Source: Podarcis filfolensis (Eukaryota). From it: a stretch of DNA of 64,000 nt. The notes under the pieces are model-generated. The model saw only the letters and a list, made by a program, of their open reading frames with translations. It was not told where the DNA came from and made no database searches. The position numbers and the translations under genes are program-made. How positions within the stretch are numbered: position 1 is the first letter of the stretch; the number at the start of each line of letters is the position of its first letter. The stretch lies in NCBI GenBank assembly GCA_964270895.1, contig OZ185443.1; one strand, written 5' to 3'. Shown here piece after piece: positions 1-12,000 of this stretch.

Positions 1-13
1 TCCACACATCAAG
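1..13 (+). CDS. FREM3: FREM3 exon 5, last 13 bp (STHQ+G)
   Basis: tcc aca cat caa g|GTAAGG. The phase-1 donor joins the next exon to give STHQ-GSATG (FREM2 has YTQQ-GTATG). Confidence 0.75.
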
Positions 14-3000
14 GTAAGGTGTTCCTTGCTACATTAGGCCTGCTGTTAGCGGTTTTCAGGGGGTGGCCTGCCCATAAGGCAAGGTGAAGCAGCTGCCTCA
101 GGCAGCAGAAGCTAAAGAGGCAGTGCCCCTGTGGGCTCCACAGCACCTCCGTCACTGGTGGAGAAGCAGCGTCTGCAGTGGTGCCAAAAGATCTTGTTAG
201 ATCTTTCTGGAAATCGCCACCACAGGTAAGGGATGCTTTGGCAGTGTGGGCAGCACAGCGGCACACTCCCATTTTGCCTCAGGTGTTGAAACATGACACA
301 CTGCCCCTGATTGTCGTAGTGCCTCTACAGCCTAGGAATGACTTGTGACGTATTTGCATCATACAGCAGAATTTGCAATATGCGTGGCATATATTCATCC
401 TGGAATATAGTTAAAGCAGATACAAACATACATTAAGTGACTGGGCAGATTTGCTCTAAAATATTATTTTATTTTCATTTGCTGGGAAATGCGATCCAGT
501 TAAACCAACTTTTTTTCCTTTTGTGTACAAGCTCTACGCATCCTTTGATGGCAAACAGGTTAATCGGATCATAACAAAAACATAGTATCAGATACCTAAT
601 GAGATAATTTATGTGGCAATATTAGGTAAATACATTAGGTTTCAGGTTTCCTTAAAATATTCAGATCAAATATCTTAGGTGCTTAATTTTTAAAAAATGT
701 TTTGCTACTTGTTATTGCAACCCTGGACCCCTTTATGAGGAAAGGTGGGATAATAATTTAATAAAAAAATAAATTCCTACAAGAATTTATTCCCACAAGA
801 ATTTAAAGAAAAAAGGGAGCCAGTGTGGTGTAGTGGTTAAGAGCGGTGGACTCGTAATCTGGTGAACTGGGTTCGATTCCCTGCTCCTCCACCTGCAGCT
901 GCTGGGTGACCTTGGGCCAATCACACTTCTTTGAAGTCTCTCAGCCCCACTCACCTCACAGAGTGTTTGTTGTGGGGGAGGAAGGGAAAGGAAAGGAAAG
1001 GAGAATGTTAGCCGCTTTGAGACTCCTTTGGGTAGTGATAAAGCGGGATATCAAATCCAATTATCTGTATATTTCACTCAAACTACAGTCCTGCACTTGC
1101 TTAAGGCCCACAGAACTCCGTGGGATTTACTGCTGAGATAATAGTTTGGTCATGGGCTCAGCTACCCATGTAGTTGTAAAATGACTTATAAAATAATTAT
1201 TTTGAAAGTGAACTGCTACATGCTAAGTACAAGTGATATAAAATATATGCAGAAACTTATGCTGGGTGTTCAAGTATAATATTCTTTGGATATTCGTTTT
1301 GGGGTTTTTTTGTTCCGCTTATTCATATCTTTGTGGGAGAGCTGGTGATTTCTTTTTTAATTCCTAGTTTCCTTATTAGGAAGCACTCTCTTTTTGCATG
1401 GTGCACGTGCTGAAAGATTTATGCCCCATGGGTTAGACAGCTAGTCAAGTTGTTTCGGTGAAGCATGACAGCTGTTGGTCAGTTTCAGATGTTAAGTATG
1501 CTAGCACAGCTGTGGGATGTAATAGGAAGATGAAAGCATTTAAAAAAACAGGTCCATAGCCACTTTTTACAGAGATTAGATTGCTTTGCCATTGCAGACT
1601 TTTATGCTGGGGTTGCTTGGTGGCCTTTATAGAGATAGTGCTGAGAGTGTAAGCTTGCTGATTGATAGCAGGTCATGCAGGCTGCAGTCGTATGCACACT
1701 TAGCGAGTAAATTCTGTTAAACTCAGTGAGGCTTACTTATGAGTAGACAGACAGGATTGCCCTGGAGGTCTCCTTTTTATATTGCAATTTCTCTTGAAAA
1801 GCACAGTAGATTTCTAAATGGTCACCATGAGAGGAACTTGAAGGTCTGGACAGCTCTTTGTCGGGTCAAGACCCCTCCGAAGGGCTACAAGAAGTTTTGT
1901 AAGGTTAAAACTACTACTTATTAATTATAGCTAATTTAATATTTATATGATTTAATAGTATTAAGAAATATAGGAGAATGCAGTATTTAGAGAATAGGTT
2001 TGAAAGCCATCAGTCGGGGAGGAAGGAAGTCACAGGCTTATGCAGCCAAATGTTTTATTTACTTTTGTGTATTAGATGTTATGTATGGAAATATATGTAA
2101 AAAACCAATAAAAATAATTTTTAAAAAGACCCTTCCGAAACATATCGGAAGGCTTCTGCAGTCCCGTCCCTACCCTGCCCCCCCGCCCCCCTGCCCCGCA
2201 CCAATTATGGATTCTGTGAAAGGAATGCAGTCAAAAAAGGAGTGGATCTTTTTATATGCTGTGTATATTGAGCTTGCATTACTTCTCTATAAATATCAGG
2301 ATGACCCATTTAAGAATTTGTAACTGGGACTTTGAGACCAGTTCAAACTAGAGAAGTTGCACTTGAGTCAATGGCACTTAATTCCAAGTACGCCTAAACT
2401 CATGTGCTTAGAAGTAATCTGCGTTTCTGTCTGAGCAAACGGGCACTGGGCTGTACTATCTGTGGGGCTGTATTCAACAGAGCTGTTCCATTCATGCAAG
2501 GACTTCTGCTTGTGCAATGGAATCTCCCTTCTCCCTCCTTCCACTGAGCACCCCCCCCCGAATCTGTTGTTTGGGTGCCCCAGCCCTCCAGAGCAGATGT
2601 AGGGGGAGGTGCAAGGACAGGAGTCTGAAAGTGGAAGCCTTTGCACTAACAAGATGACTTTGTTGGAGGCAATACAACCCAGTTTTTTTATTAATCTATT
2701 TTCTATATATACTGTCTAATAATGAAAGCTATTTGGTGGAACAACTTGCATAAAAGTTAAAAGCATGAAACCCAAATATAGCATAAAACAGCAGTACATG
2801 ATAAAACCAACAGGACAGAGCTAATATCAGCAACAACAAAATCTTTGGCTTTTAAGTGCCTTAGTCTAAATTCTTTTTTAATTGAAAAGAAAACCCACTG
2901 CTTCAGATAAATTCCTTTCTTTGTATATTTGCCCTTTCTAGAGATAACCATTCTTCTTTACATTCCTGCCATTTCTTGCCCAACATTTTGTGCTCCCCAA

Positions 3001-6000
3001 ATGCAAAAGATAAAAAAAATGCCTCCACATAAGATTTGGGAATGAGGGTGGTTGAGGAATGGGATTTTTTTAAAGTACGTGCTGCTCTTCAACAGATTGT
3101 AGGGAAAGTATCTTAGTTTATATGAGGCAGCTCCCCGGCCCCCACACCAAAGATAAGGGCTAACTTCTAGATTAGGATTTGCTTATGGCCACATTCTCTA
3201 CCAGTGAGCCAATGGGGGCAGGGTGGGTAGGGGAGACCAGATGGAGCACCTTCCATTGGAGCTCAGAGAAAAGCAAAAGTTTCTTTTATTATTATAACAG
3301 AATTCTATTTATGTCACATCTATAATGAGGCTTGAAGTTTCTCCCCTCATTGTCAGTATAAGAAGCATTTGAAGTCTGTGTCACAGTGGTGCATTTAATT
3401 CCCTTGTACCCCATTGGAAACTGCCTCGTGACACTTGAGAGGAGACAGCTTCTCACGTAGCGCAGGGGAGCTTCTAATTAAAAATAAATAAAAATGAGTC
3501 TGCGAGAGAGTACACCTGAGATGCCTTTGTCACCTAGGGTTTTGGTATATGGCAGAAGTGATGTTGGCTACTTGTAAGTGAGGTTAGAAACTTGTATCTT
3601 GGCTCTGCCACTTCAGATTCCAAGCAGGAGCTCAAGTGATAGAATGTTCTTCCATGATTTCCACACATGGGCCCAAATACTGTGAGTGGTATTGAACTAA
3701 ATAATTCCAGAAGCAGAATGGATTCAGCTTATGCAAAGAGATTATCTCCTGCCATCACACATGTTGTCCCCCCCCCCCCAATCACCGGATTTTCTCCAGA
3801 GGGTTGGAGGAGCCACCATAACAGATTTAGAGGGAAGAGAGATGAGAACATTTTATTGCACGAGGCTGGAGGTGTTTACTTGGTCTGAGGTGGGTTTGCA
3901 CTTTCCCTGAAAGTCCAGCTTCACAGCTTGGGTGTGATTTCAGACATGGTGCTAACTGGGGAAGCGCAGGTGGCGGCTAGGGGTGCTTTCTGCCATCTTC
4001 AACTGTATGCCATCCGTGACCCTATCTGGAGATGTTGAACCTTGCTTCTGTTGTAATTGCTCCAGTGACTTCCAGGCTATACTTCCGTTACGCATTGCAT
4101 GTCAGGCCACCTATGAAGATAGTTTGGAATTCTGCCACTCGCCTACTGGTTTGAGCGCAGCAGGCAGAGTATGTGACACAAGTACTGAGCCAGCTGCACC
4201 AGTTGTCAGTACGTTTTCAGGTCCAATTCAAAGTGCAGATGAAGACCATTAAAGCCCTAAATGGTTTAGGACCAACTTACCTTAAGAACCACTTTCAACT
4301 ATATCATGCTGTACATACCTTAAGATGTGCTTCTGTAGCCCTGTTGAGATGCCTGCCTTTTAAATTACAATTAGGTTGGTGTGTACTGAAACTGAGCCTG
4401 TTCAGTGGTGCTTCCCAAATAATGGAATTCAAATCCAAGTGAGAGCAGGCAAGGCTCCCCCCCCCCAAAAAATATTAATTTTAAATGGACCTTTAGGATA
4501 TATCCTTTTTATCATGACCCTTGAGGGCTACTTAAGGTCTGTAAATTGGATGTTGTCTTTTAGATCTATCAGGGTTACTTTTCCTTTTACTGTAGTTTAT
4601 GCAGCTTGGATGGAATTTTCTATTTTATTGGATACAGTATTTTAATGATTTTATTCTTGAATTTTTGTGGATTTGTATTGTATGCAGTTTTAAACTGCAT
4701 TAGGGGCATGCTTTGCCTTAAAAGTGGTCTAAAAGCCTGTTAAACAAACAGATGAACAAACAAATGTAAATAGCTTTTACAATAATAATGCATTCATCCA
4801 TTTCCAACATCACATGTAGTTGGTTGACCCTCATTAATGATGAGGCTCTATTTTTTTCTACCAAGGAAGTCCTCTACCAGCTGATCAGCTTGGGAGAGCC
4901 ACATCCTGCATGGTCTGGGAGCATGAAAATGGAAGTGAAGTATTGGGTTCCCTGCATTTGGGATTCCCAAGGTTTTCTTTTTTAAATCTTTTGCTTCTGT
5001 GTTGCCGGTCTTAGTTTGACTGCTATAGTTTTTTTCCCTCTTTCTTTCTTTCTTTCTTTCTTTCTTTTTTAAAAAATAACCTTAGTGCCTTGCAGGAATC
5101 TTTTGGAAAGTCAAGAATTCAAAGGTCATATGTTATTTAATAAGTGAGTTATTACAGAGCCTTAATGCCATTTGTTCTTCCCATACTCCACCTTTTGTTG
5201 TTTACTGGTGCACGGAAAATCTTCAAGGGTGGCTTGGAATTTTGTAGCCTTATAAGCTGCCAACATTCTCTGGCTTTAGCAAAACTAAGCATTTTGCTAC
5301 CACACATTTGTGCAGTGATCCTAATTGTTCCTCTATACTCTCAGTTCCTAAGTAAAATGAGTCAAAAACCCCAAAGACCCACTTTTGACAGCACAACACA
5401 CACTATCTTCAAACAGGCTAGAATGGCTTCACTTGAGCATATCATGTCACTTGAGCATATAAGATAACCTTATTTGACCAATCCTCTATTTTGGGTATGA
5501 TATAAACACTGCAGTTTGAGATTTGAATATCAGTCTCTTTGTACGGGGCTCAAACTATAATTCAGGAATATTGCATGTACTGGAAATATATATTTAAAGT
5601 ATTAACATTTCAAACTTCAGAAACGAGCATCTTTAATGTTCTGAAATACATTTTATTTTAAGCAAACTGTTTGTGAAAGATATATTTAAAATAACTTTTA
5701 TCCCTCTTACTGAGTGGAAAAACTAAATACCAGTACCAGAGTCAATAAAATATCAAGCTGTAAAATCCAGCTTAAAACTGAAAAAGTGATGAGATAACAG
5801 CAGAGCAGCCATCCTAATAAATTTCCAGCAGAGTAAAGCAGTTTTGGTTTGGCACCTAAAATATAAGATGCAAATATTTCTGTGCAGGGTATTCCATAAG
5901 TTGAGTCCCTACTGCTCAGAGAGGATATCATCAGTAGCAGGCCCCAGGGTGGGGCAGCAGGGCTTACCTGACCCACAGTCACCTGTGTTGCTGCTGCATA

Positions 6001-9000
6001 CTGGGATAGAGGGAGGCCGGGGAGGTCTGTGTGTTGAAAATGCACCAACAGAGCCAATTCTCTTCTACTAGTGCATTTGCACCATCCCAGCCTCACCACT
6101 GCCTCCCTGCTCCCCCATTTCATCCCAGTATGCAGCAGTGATGCAGGTAACTGGCGGTAAGGTGAGCAGCACTGTCTCAGCCCATCATGCTGGATTGAGA
6201 TGACTGTCTTGTTTGCCACCTATCGAATGTTAGAAGGGGCCCTTGCACCCCTTCAGCAGAAGAAGAATTTAACAGAATATGATTTTGAAAGCAAATATTC
6301 AAATATTCCAAATTGGTTTTAAAGAGGATTTGACTCTTTTTGAATTGAGTCTTAAATGGCTTGTGAAAACCCTCTAGATTTTTGTCTTTGGCTGTGTACA
6401 TATCATACATTTAAAACACATTTCAATGTGCTTTAGAAGTATGATGGGCGAGGGGGGTTGATTTTTTTCCCCTTATCAAGGTACTACATTGTGTACCAGA
6501 TACACAGATTTATAGCTTTTACAATGAATTTAATTCTATTACAACAATATTTGAATCTGGCTACATGTGGCTGCTTCAGGGGAAAGTTGAAATGTGTATA
6601 TAATAGTATACACAAACACTTTTGATTGTACATCTGCAGCTTCACTGATGGTAAGCATAATGTGACTTGGTAGAGCAGTGGTGCATGAAAAAAAGTATTT
6701 CAAAGACTAATATATCTTTCCACAAGATAATGATAATTTCGGTGAAGCCAGTTCATTTGCTATTGTGGCTATTAATTTGAAAATATTAAGACACACAGCA
6801 AGCAGTGACAAGAAAATAATTTATGTTGTTCAAACTATGAACCTTTTAGTGAAAAACTACAGTTGATCTCGTACACAGATTGATTTTGTTATACAGTACT
6901 GTGCTACACACAGCCAGATTTTCTGGTGGGGAGAAGTGTTCATAGCAAATTTAATGCATGCCTTAAAAGATAAATGGTAACTAGTGCAGAATTTGACTGC
7001 TTTCCCTATTGCAATTTTCGTCCTTGTGACTGATCCTGCCTGTAATTTCAGTGAGTGTAATTTCTAACTTGGAAAAGAACATGTTTGACTTGTAAGAATT
7101 TTAGCATTCATAGTTGCAGAGGAAAAACTGACTGTCACCTGATGAATGTTTGGAAGCCAAAAGAAGAACAGAGAAACCCTTCTATGATTAAGAGTTCTTC
7201 TTATGGTTAATTCCATGAGACCAGGCATCTACTGTAGCCATATTTTCCTGCAAACATTGTTTGTCAGGAGCAAGGAAAGTCGTAAAACTACGGGAAAGGC
7301 TCCACAGTTTGAAAATGCAGGAAATCCCAAGTTTACCTCTGCCCAAGGATAGAAGGAACAAAGATGAGAAGGATGGTGGCTGGTCCTTTCAAAGGTTTCC
7401 ACCACCCTGCTGCTTTGTGAGAGCCCAGTGAGCCACATGATATGTAGTTGCCCTCACAAGAGCTCGTGAGAAGCTCCTCCCCATTCCCAGTCCATGGCAG
7501 CCACTGGCCTGCCCCACAAGTTGTCTAGACAGCGTTGATAAGCCTGCTGAGTCACAGGAAACTTCGAATGGTTTCTTACCATCACATGATCCCTGAAACC
7601 AGCAAAAGTGGTTGCTTGGGGGATGAACCATAGCTGTGGAGAACAGGAAACTGGCACATTATGAAAAGTCATGATCATGTCATTCATATTAAGCAGAGAG
7701 AATGAGGGGTTTTTTAGGCTCATAACTGGTGGGGTTTTTATTTTTTAGAAAAAGCTGAAGATTGGAGTTGGAAGGGAAAGGATGATTTAATATTCTGCTG
7801 CTCAAAGTCATTGTTCTCATCATTCTAATGCTTTTCATTCCTTTGCCACCCCCTTTTTTAGGATCTGCCACAGGCACGATTCCCTCCACTGTCTTGTCTT
7901 ACTCAGACTACATTTCTCGTCCTGAAGACCATACTAGCCTCATTCGCTTTGACAAGGATGAGACGGAGAAAACCTGCCGTGTCATCATTATTGATGATTC
8001 GCTTTATGAGGAAGATGAAACTTTCAACGTCACATTAAGTATGCCAATGGGCGGACAAATTGGAACGGAATTCCCCAGCACCAAAGTAACCATTTTAGCT
8101 GACAGAGATGATGGTGAGTAGAAAGGTCCACATCAGAGACCTGCTTCATCAAACTTTATGGTACAAAATGCATTTTTCACGTTTTTCTTATTTTAGCTAA
8201 GATATATTATGATCAAGATTGAGGCCCTGGTCAAGTATTTCAGTAAGCTGTTCCTTGTTCCTGAATAACCCCCTGCTTCCTCTTAGAAGTAGGTTATGGT
8301 AAAAATGTATTAGCGACTACTTCTTAAGTTAATAATGGGCTTTTAAAAAGCATTGTTATATAAGTTCTAAACATTCCACCTAGAAAATTCTGCATTTTAG
8401 ATAGAATTATATGTCCTATATGTTATATTCTATGGAAACAAAATGGGTTAGATCTGGATTGTGAGTTGAACCTAAGGCCTTATTGGAAGCAGTGTGAAAT
8501 GATAGTCATGATTTCATTTCCCATTCAGAAGAATGGGACATATGTGCAACTAACCTCGACTGAATCCAACCCAATGATAACAATATGTTGCCAGGACTTG
8601 TTGCTTTTTAATTTGGATTTCTGTAATGTTGCAGCTGTGCACACTTATGGAAGTAAGCACCCTTCATCATTTCTATATTCCGCTTACTTCAAAGCAGCTG
8701 CACTGAAGATCAGATTATAAGAATCCTTTTTTTCCCCTAGTACAAAATGAAATTTCCAGACAGCTCCTGTCTGAGACGCATTTACAATTGGTTGGCTTTA
8801 GGGTTCTGTGAGTGGCAGAAAGGGGGGCGGGGGGAGGACAGCTTTTGCTAACTCCTCCTTCCCCATGCAATGACCTGTGGCCCCTGAAAAGTTGTTTGTA
8901 GATAGCACAAGAGGAGGGAGGAATTAATGGCAGTCGCCTCCTCCCTCCTTTCTTCAGCAGAGGCTTCTGCTGGATCCCAGCATGGGAGGAACCCTGGATC

Positions 9001-12000
9001 CAACACAGTAAGTCATGTGAACCCCGAGCTGATGTGTGTTTTAAAAGATGAGAGGTACGTTCATGTCTGTGCAGTGTCAATTAAAAATGCAAATTTATGC
9101 AGGTTAAAAAGTTGGTCAGTGTGCCATAATGCCAGAGGTTTGTAAAAGGATTTTGTAAGAATACAGAACTGGTTCTCGTTATGAAAGAAAGCTTTTAAAT
9201 TCAGGTCTTTACAAAACAACGAGTTAATCCTTTTTCATTATCAACACTCTGAGCAGGCTTTGTGTAATATCTAATGTGTAAGATCAGGAACAGTGCATTT
9301 ATTCTTTTAATAGGTGTGAGTATACATCAGTTCTCCTCATCCCCCCCCCCCCGAGACTCTCAGCAGTGCCCATTAAATGATGGGCACTTAACTCCCTTGA
9401 ACAATAAATATTTTGAGGCCAACTTTCTCTGTGCAAATATCAAAACCTACCACTTGGTTTTAAATGACATTCTGGTGTTAATTCAAACTAGAAAACAACT
9501 TTTTGATCAAATGCTGATTGCATACTCTCCAGAAATTCAAGGACTTGGGACAGATACTAGCAAACAAATAGGCTGAAAGACAATATTTTTGTTTCCTCAG
9601 CGGAGAAAGGAAGAGAATGGGCCAGAGAAATCCCCAGTGAGTGGAGTTAATCAAGCCATAATGGCCTTTTAACTAGACAGAACTTGTCCAAAGGCCATTA
9701 TATTTTCCACTTGCATTGCATCCCTGCTTCTTTATCCTATTTTGCTTAACAGGAAAGCAGAATAAAGAGGGAATTAAGCCATTGTGAAAAGAAGAGAATT
9801 ACTTTCTTTCCCAGACTTTGAAGGCCAGGGTTTCCTTGACTTCCTGAAAAGTCCACTTGGCAACAACGGATGAAGCAGCTTCCCATGCTGTGTACTTGTC
9901 TCAAAACTAACGACATTAATGGGCACAATAACTAATGTTCCGCAGTGTGTTTCTTATCTCAACTTGATTTGGCGTCAGGATAGTCTGCTTGTCTGACTTC
10001 GGCATAGAGCTGTCTGTCTTCTGTTTCATTTGTGCACAGTATTAAGCATGTAAGTAGTTCAGCTGACCAGTTGTGGGTTTCAGTGCTTTGCTTAGAGTGA
10101 GGTGGCTGTTAAAAGCGCTTACAAGTGTTTTCTGGATTACTGTATTCTTAAAAAAAAAACACCTATTTGGCATGTAGGATTTTCTTTGGAGAGGAATCTT
10201 CTGAGTGCAGGCAGTTGCAGGGGAACTTCAGCAGTTCTGAGCCATGTTGGACAAAATGAGAAAGCTTCTTTCATTTTGTAGTGTGGAACTACATGAGTGC
10301 ATTAGAGAGGGAGAATGAAGACAACAGAAAATAAATTTGGTAATAGACTAACAAGGATTGAGGACATATTGCTGCTATAGATAAAATGTTGAAATAATAG
10401 GTAAGCAATATAGAAGACGAAAGGTTAAAAACAACTGAAGCTAAAACAGGAAAATTTAGATGAGACCTTCAGGCTGCTTGAAAAAAAATCTTTTTTTTTT
10501 CAACAGGGGATAAGGTTATGGTACAAAACTAGGAAATGATATTTGGATTAGAAGTATGGAAAGTGGCCATATGCTAGCATACTTGGAAGATTTGCTTACG
10601 TATTGTGTTAGACCGAACGCAAATGAAGATATCAAGACTGACAAAACTAACAGAAGGGTTGGAAATAGGAAGTAACCCAAATATATAGTAATAACATTTC
10701 AGAAATGGATATCAAAGCATAGAGTAGCAATAGCCCTTTTTATCATCCAAAACTTGCAGCAAAAGGTTTATCTGTACTTATCATACCTTTCCCACATCAC
10801 ATTTTCTTTAAAAGGAGAAAACTTCGATTTTTATTTTATTTTTTACTTGTGGTAAGTGTTGTTAGATAAATCTTTCAAGTAAAGGACTTCATGAAGGGTA
10901 CATTTTCACTGCTAAAAAAGATGTGAAGATTAGTCTGTTCACACAAAGTAACAGAGAGATTAGTTAGAAATGCAGATAAGTGGAGGGAGGGAAAATTAAT
11001 AGTGGCAGAAGATTTTAATGAGTGATAAATGAAAAATTAGACAAATCAAATTAGTATTCAAGTTGTGCACATCTTCCTAAGGTGTTCCAACATTTCCAGC
11101 TAAGAAATGACATGTGTTTGGCAAATCTTAAATGAAGATTAAATTAATTATGCATACTATTCATGCCACTATAATTCATACTAGAAAGTAGTTTCCCCCC
11201 CCTCCACTTGCATGTTATTTCAAACATAAAAACAGCAAAGATTGGGAATAAGATTTATGTCAGCTATATAGTAATCAAAGGAATGAGTCTGGAAACTGAA
11301 GAGGTTTTTGTTTTCTTTTGTTAAAAAAGGGCAATTGGAGATTGAATAATAATGTTACAAAATAGAGATGTTATAAATTAATAGTTAAATATATAGATAC
11401 TTTATGTTGTAGAGGAAGTAAGGCTGCCCACTTTCTCCTTGGTACTTAATTGCCATTCTCAGTTTGCACAACTTTCTAAACCATGGTTTAGTGACACATG
11501 AAGAAGTCACAGCATGCCTTGGAGCCTCATGCAGTTGGGAGAAGCCTTAAGCAGCTTTCTTCTTCCTCTGAATCTCAACTTGAAATGTCATCTGGACAAG
11601 GGATCTTGGCTTGAAACAAACTCTGGTCACTTTCAAAACTTCAAACCGTGGTTTCTGAAACTGGCTTGTTTGTTGTGAACCACAATCCCTGACCTGAACA
11701 ATACAACAAGCCAACTTTAAAAGTGAAACTTAAAACTGCCAAAGTCCTCCTCCTCACTGTGCATGGGTGGGGACATGAGCCCTGAAGTCAGGGCAGGTCA
11801 ATCCCTGCTTGTGCACATCTTGCTAAACATAGTTTAGTGTGATCTGCAAATTAGTCTTGCATGTCAGTGTTGAAAACAGAGGGAAAATAATTTAAATTGG
11901 ATAATTAAGTTGGAAAACTGAACAACAGAATGTAATTACCAGCTTGACAGATTAGGCGGTGTTAGAAAAGAGAGCAGAACTTTGGATAAGGAAAAATGTA

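Noticed and set aside
2131-2152. 8-bp perfect hairpin CCTTCCGA-N6-TCGGAAGG
   Set aside because: Short enough to be expected by chance in 64 kb; no supporting context.
5707-6219. 170-aa - strand ORF in FREM3 intron 5
   Set aside because: No recognisable domain, no splice context and no similarity to anything I recognise; consistent with a chance ORF.
9658-9701. 12-bp inverted repeat ATAATGGCCTTT/AAAGGCCATTAT with a 20-nt spacer
   Set aside because: No TSD, no second copy and no recognisable RNA motif; at most the core of a decayed MITE.
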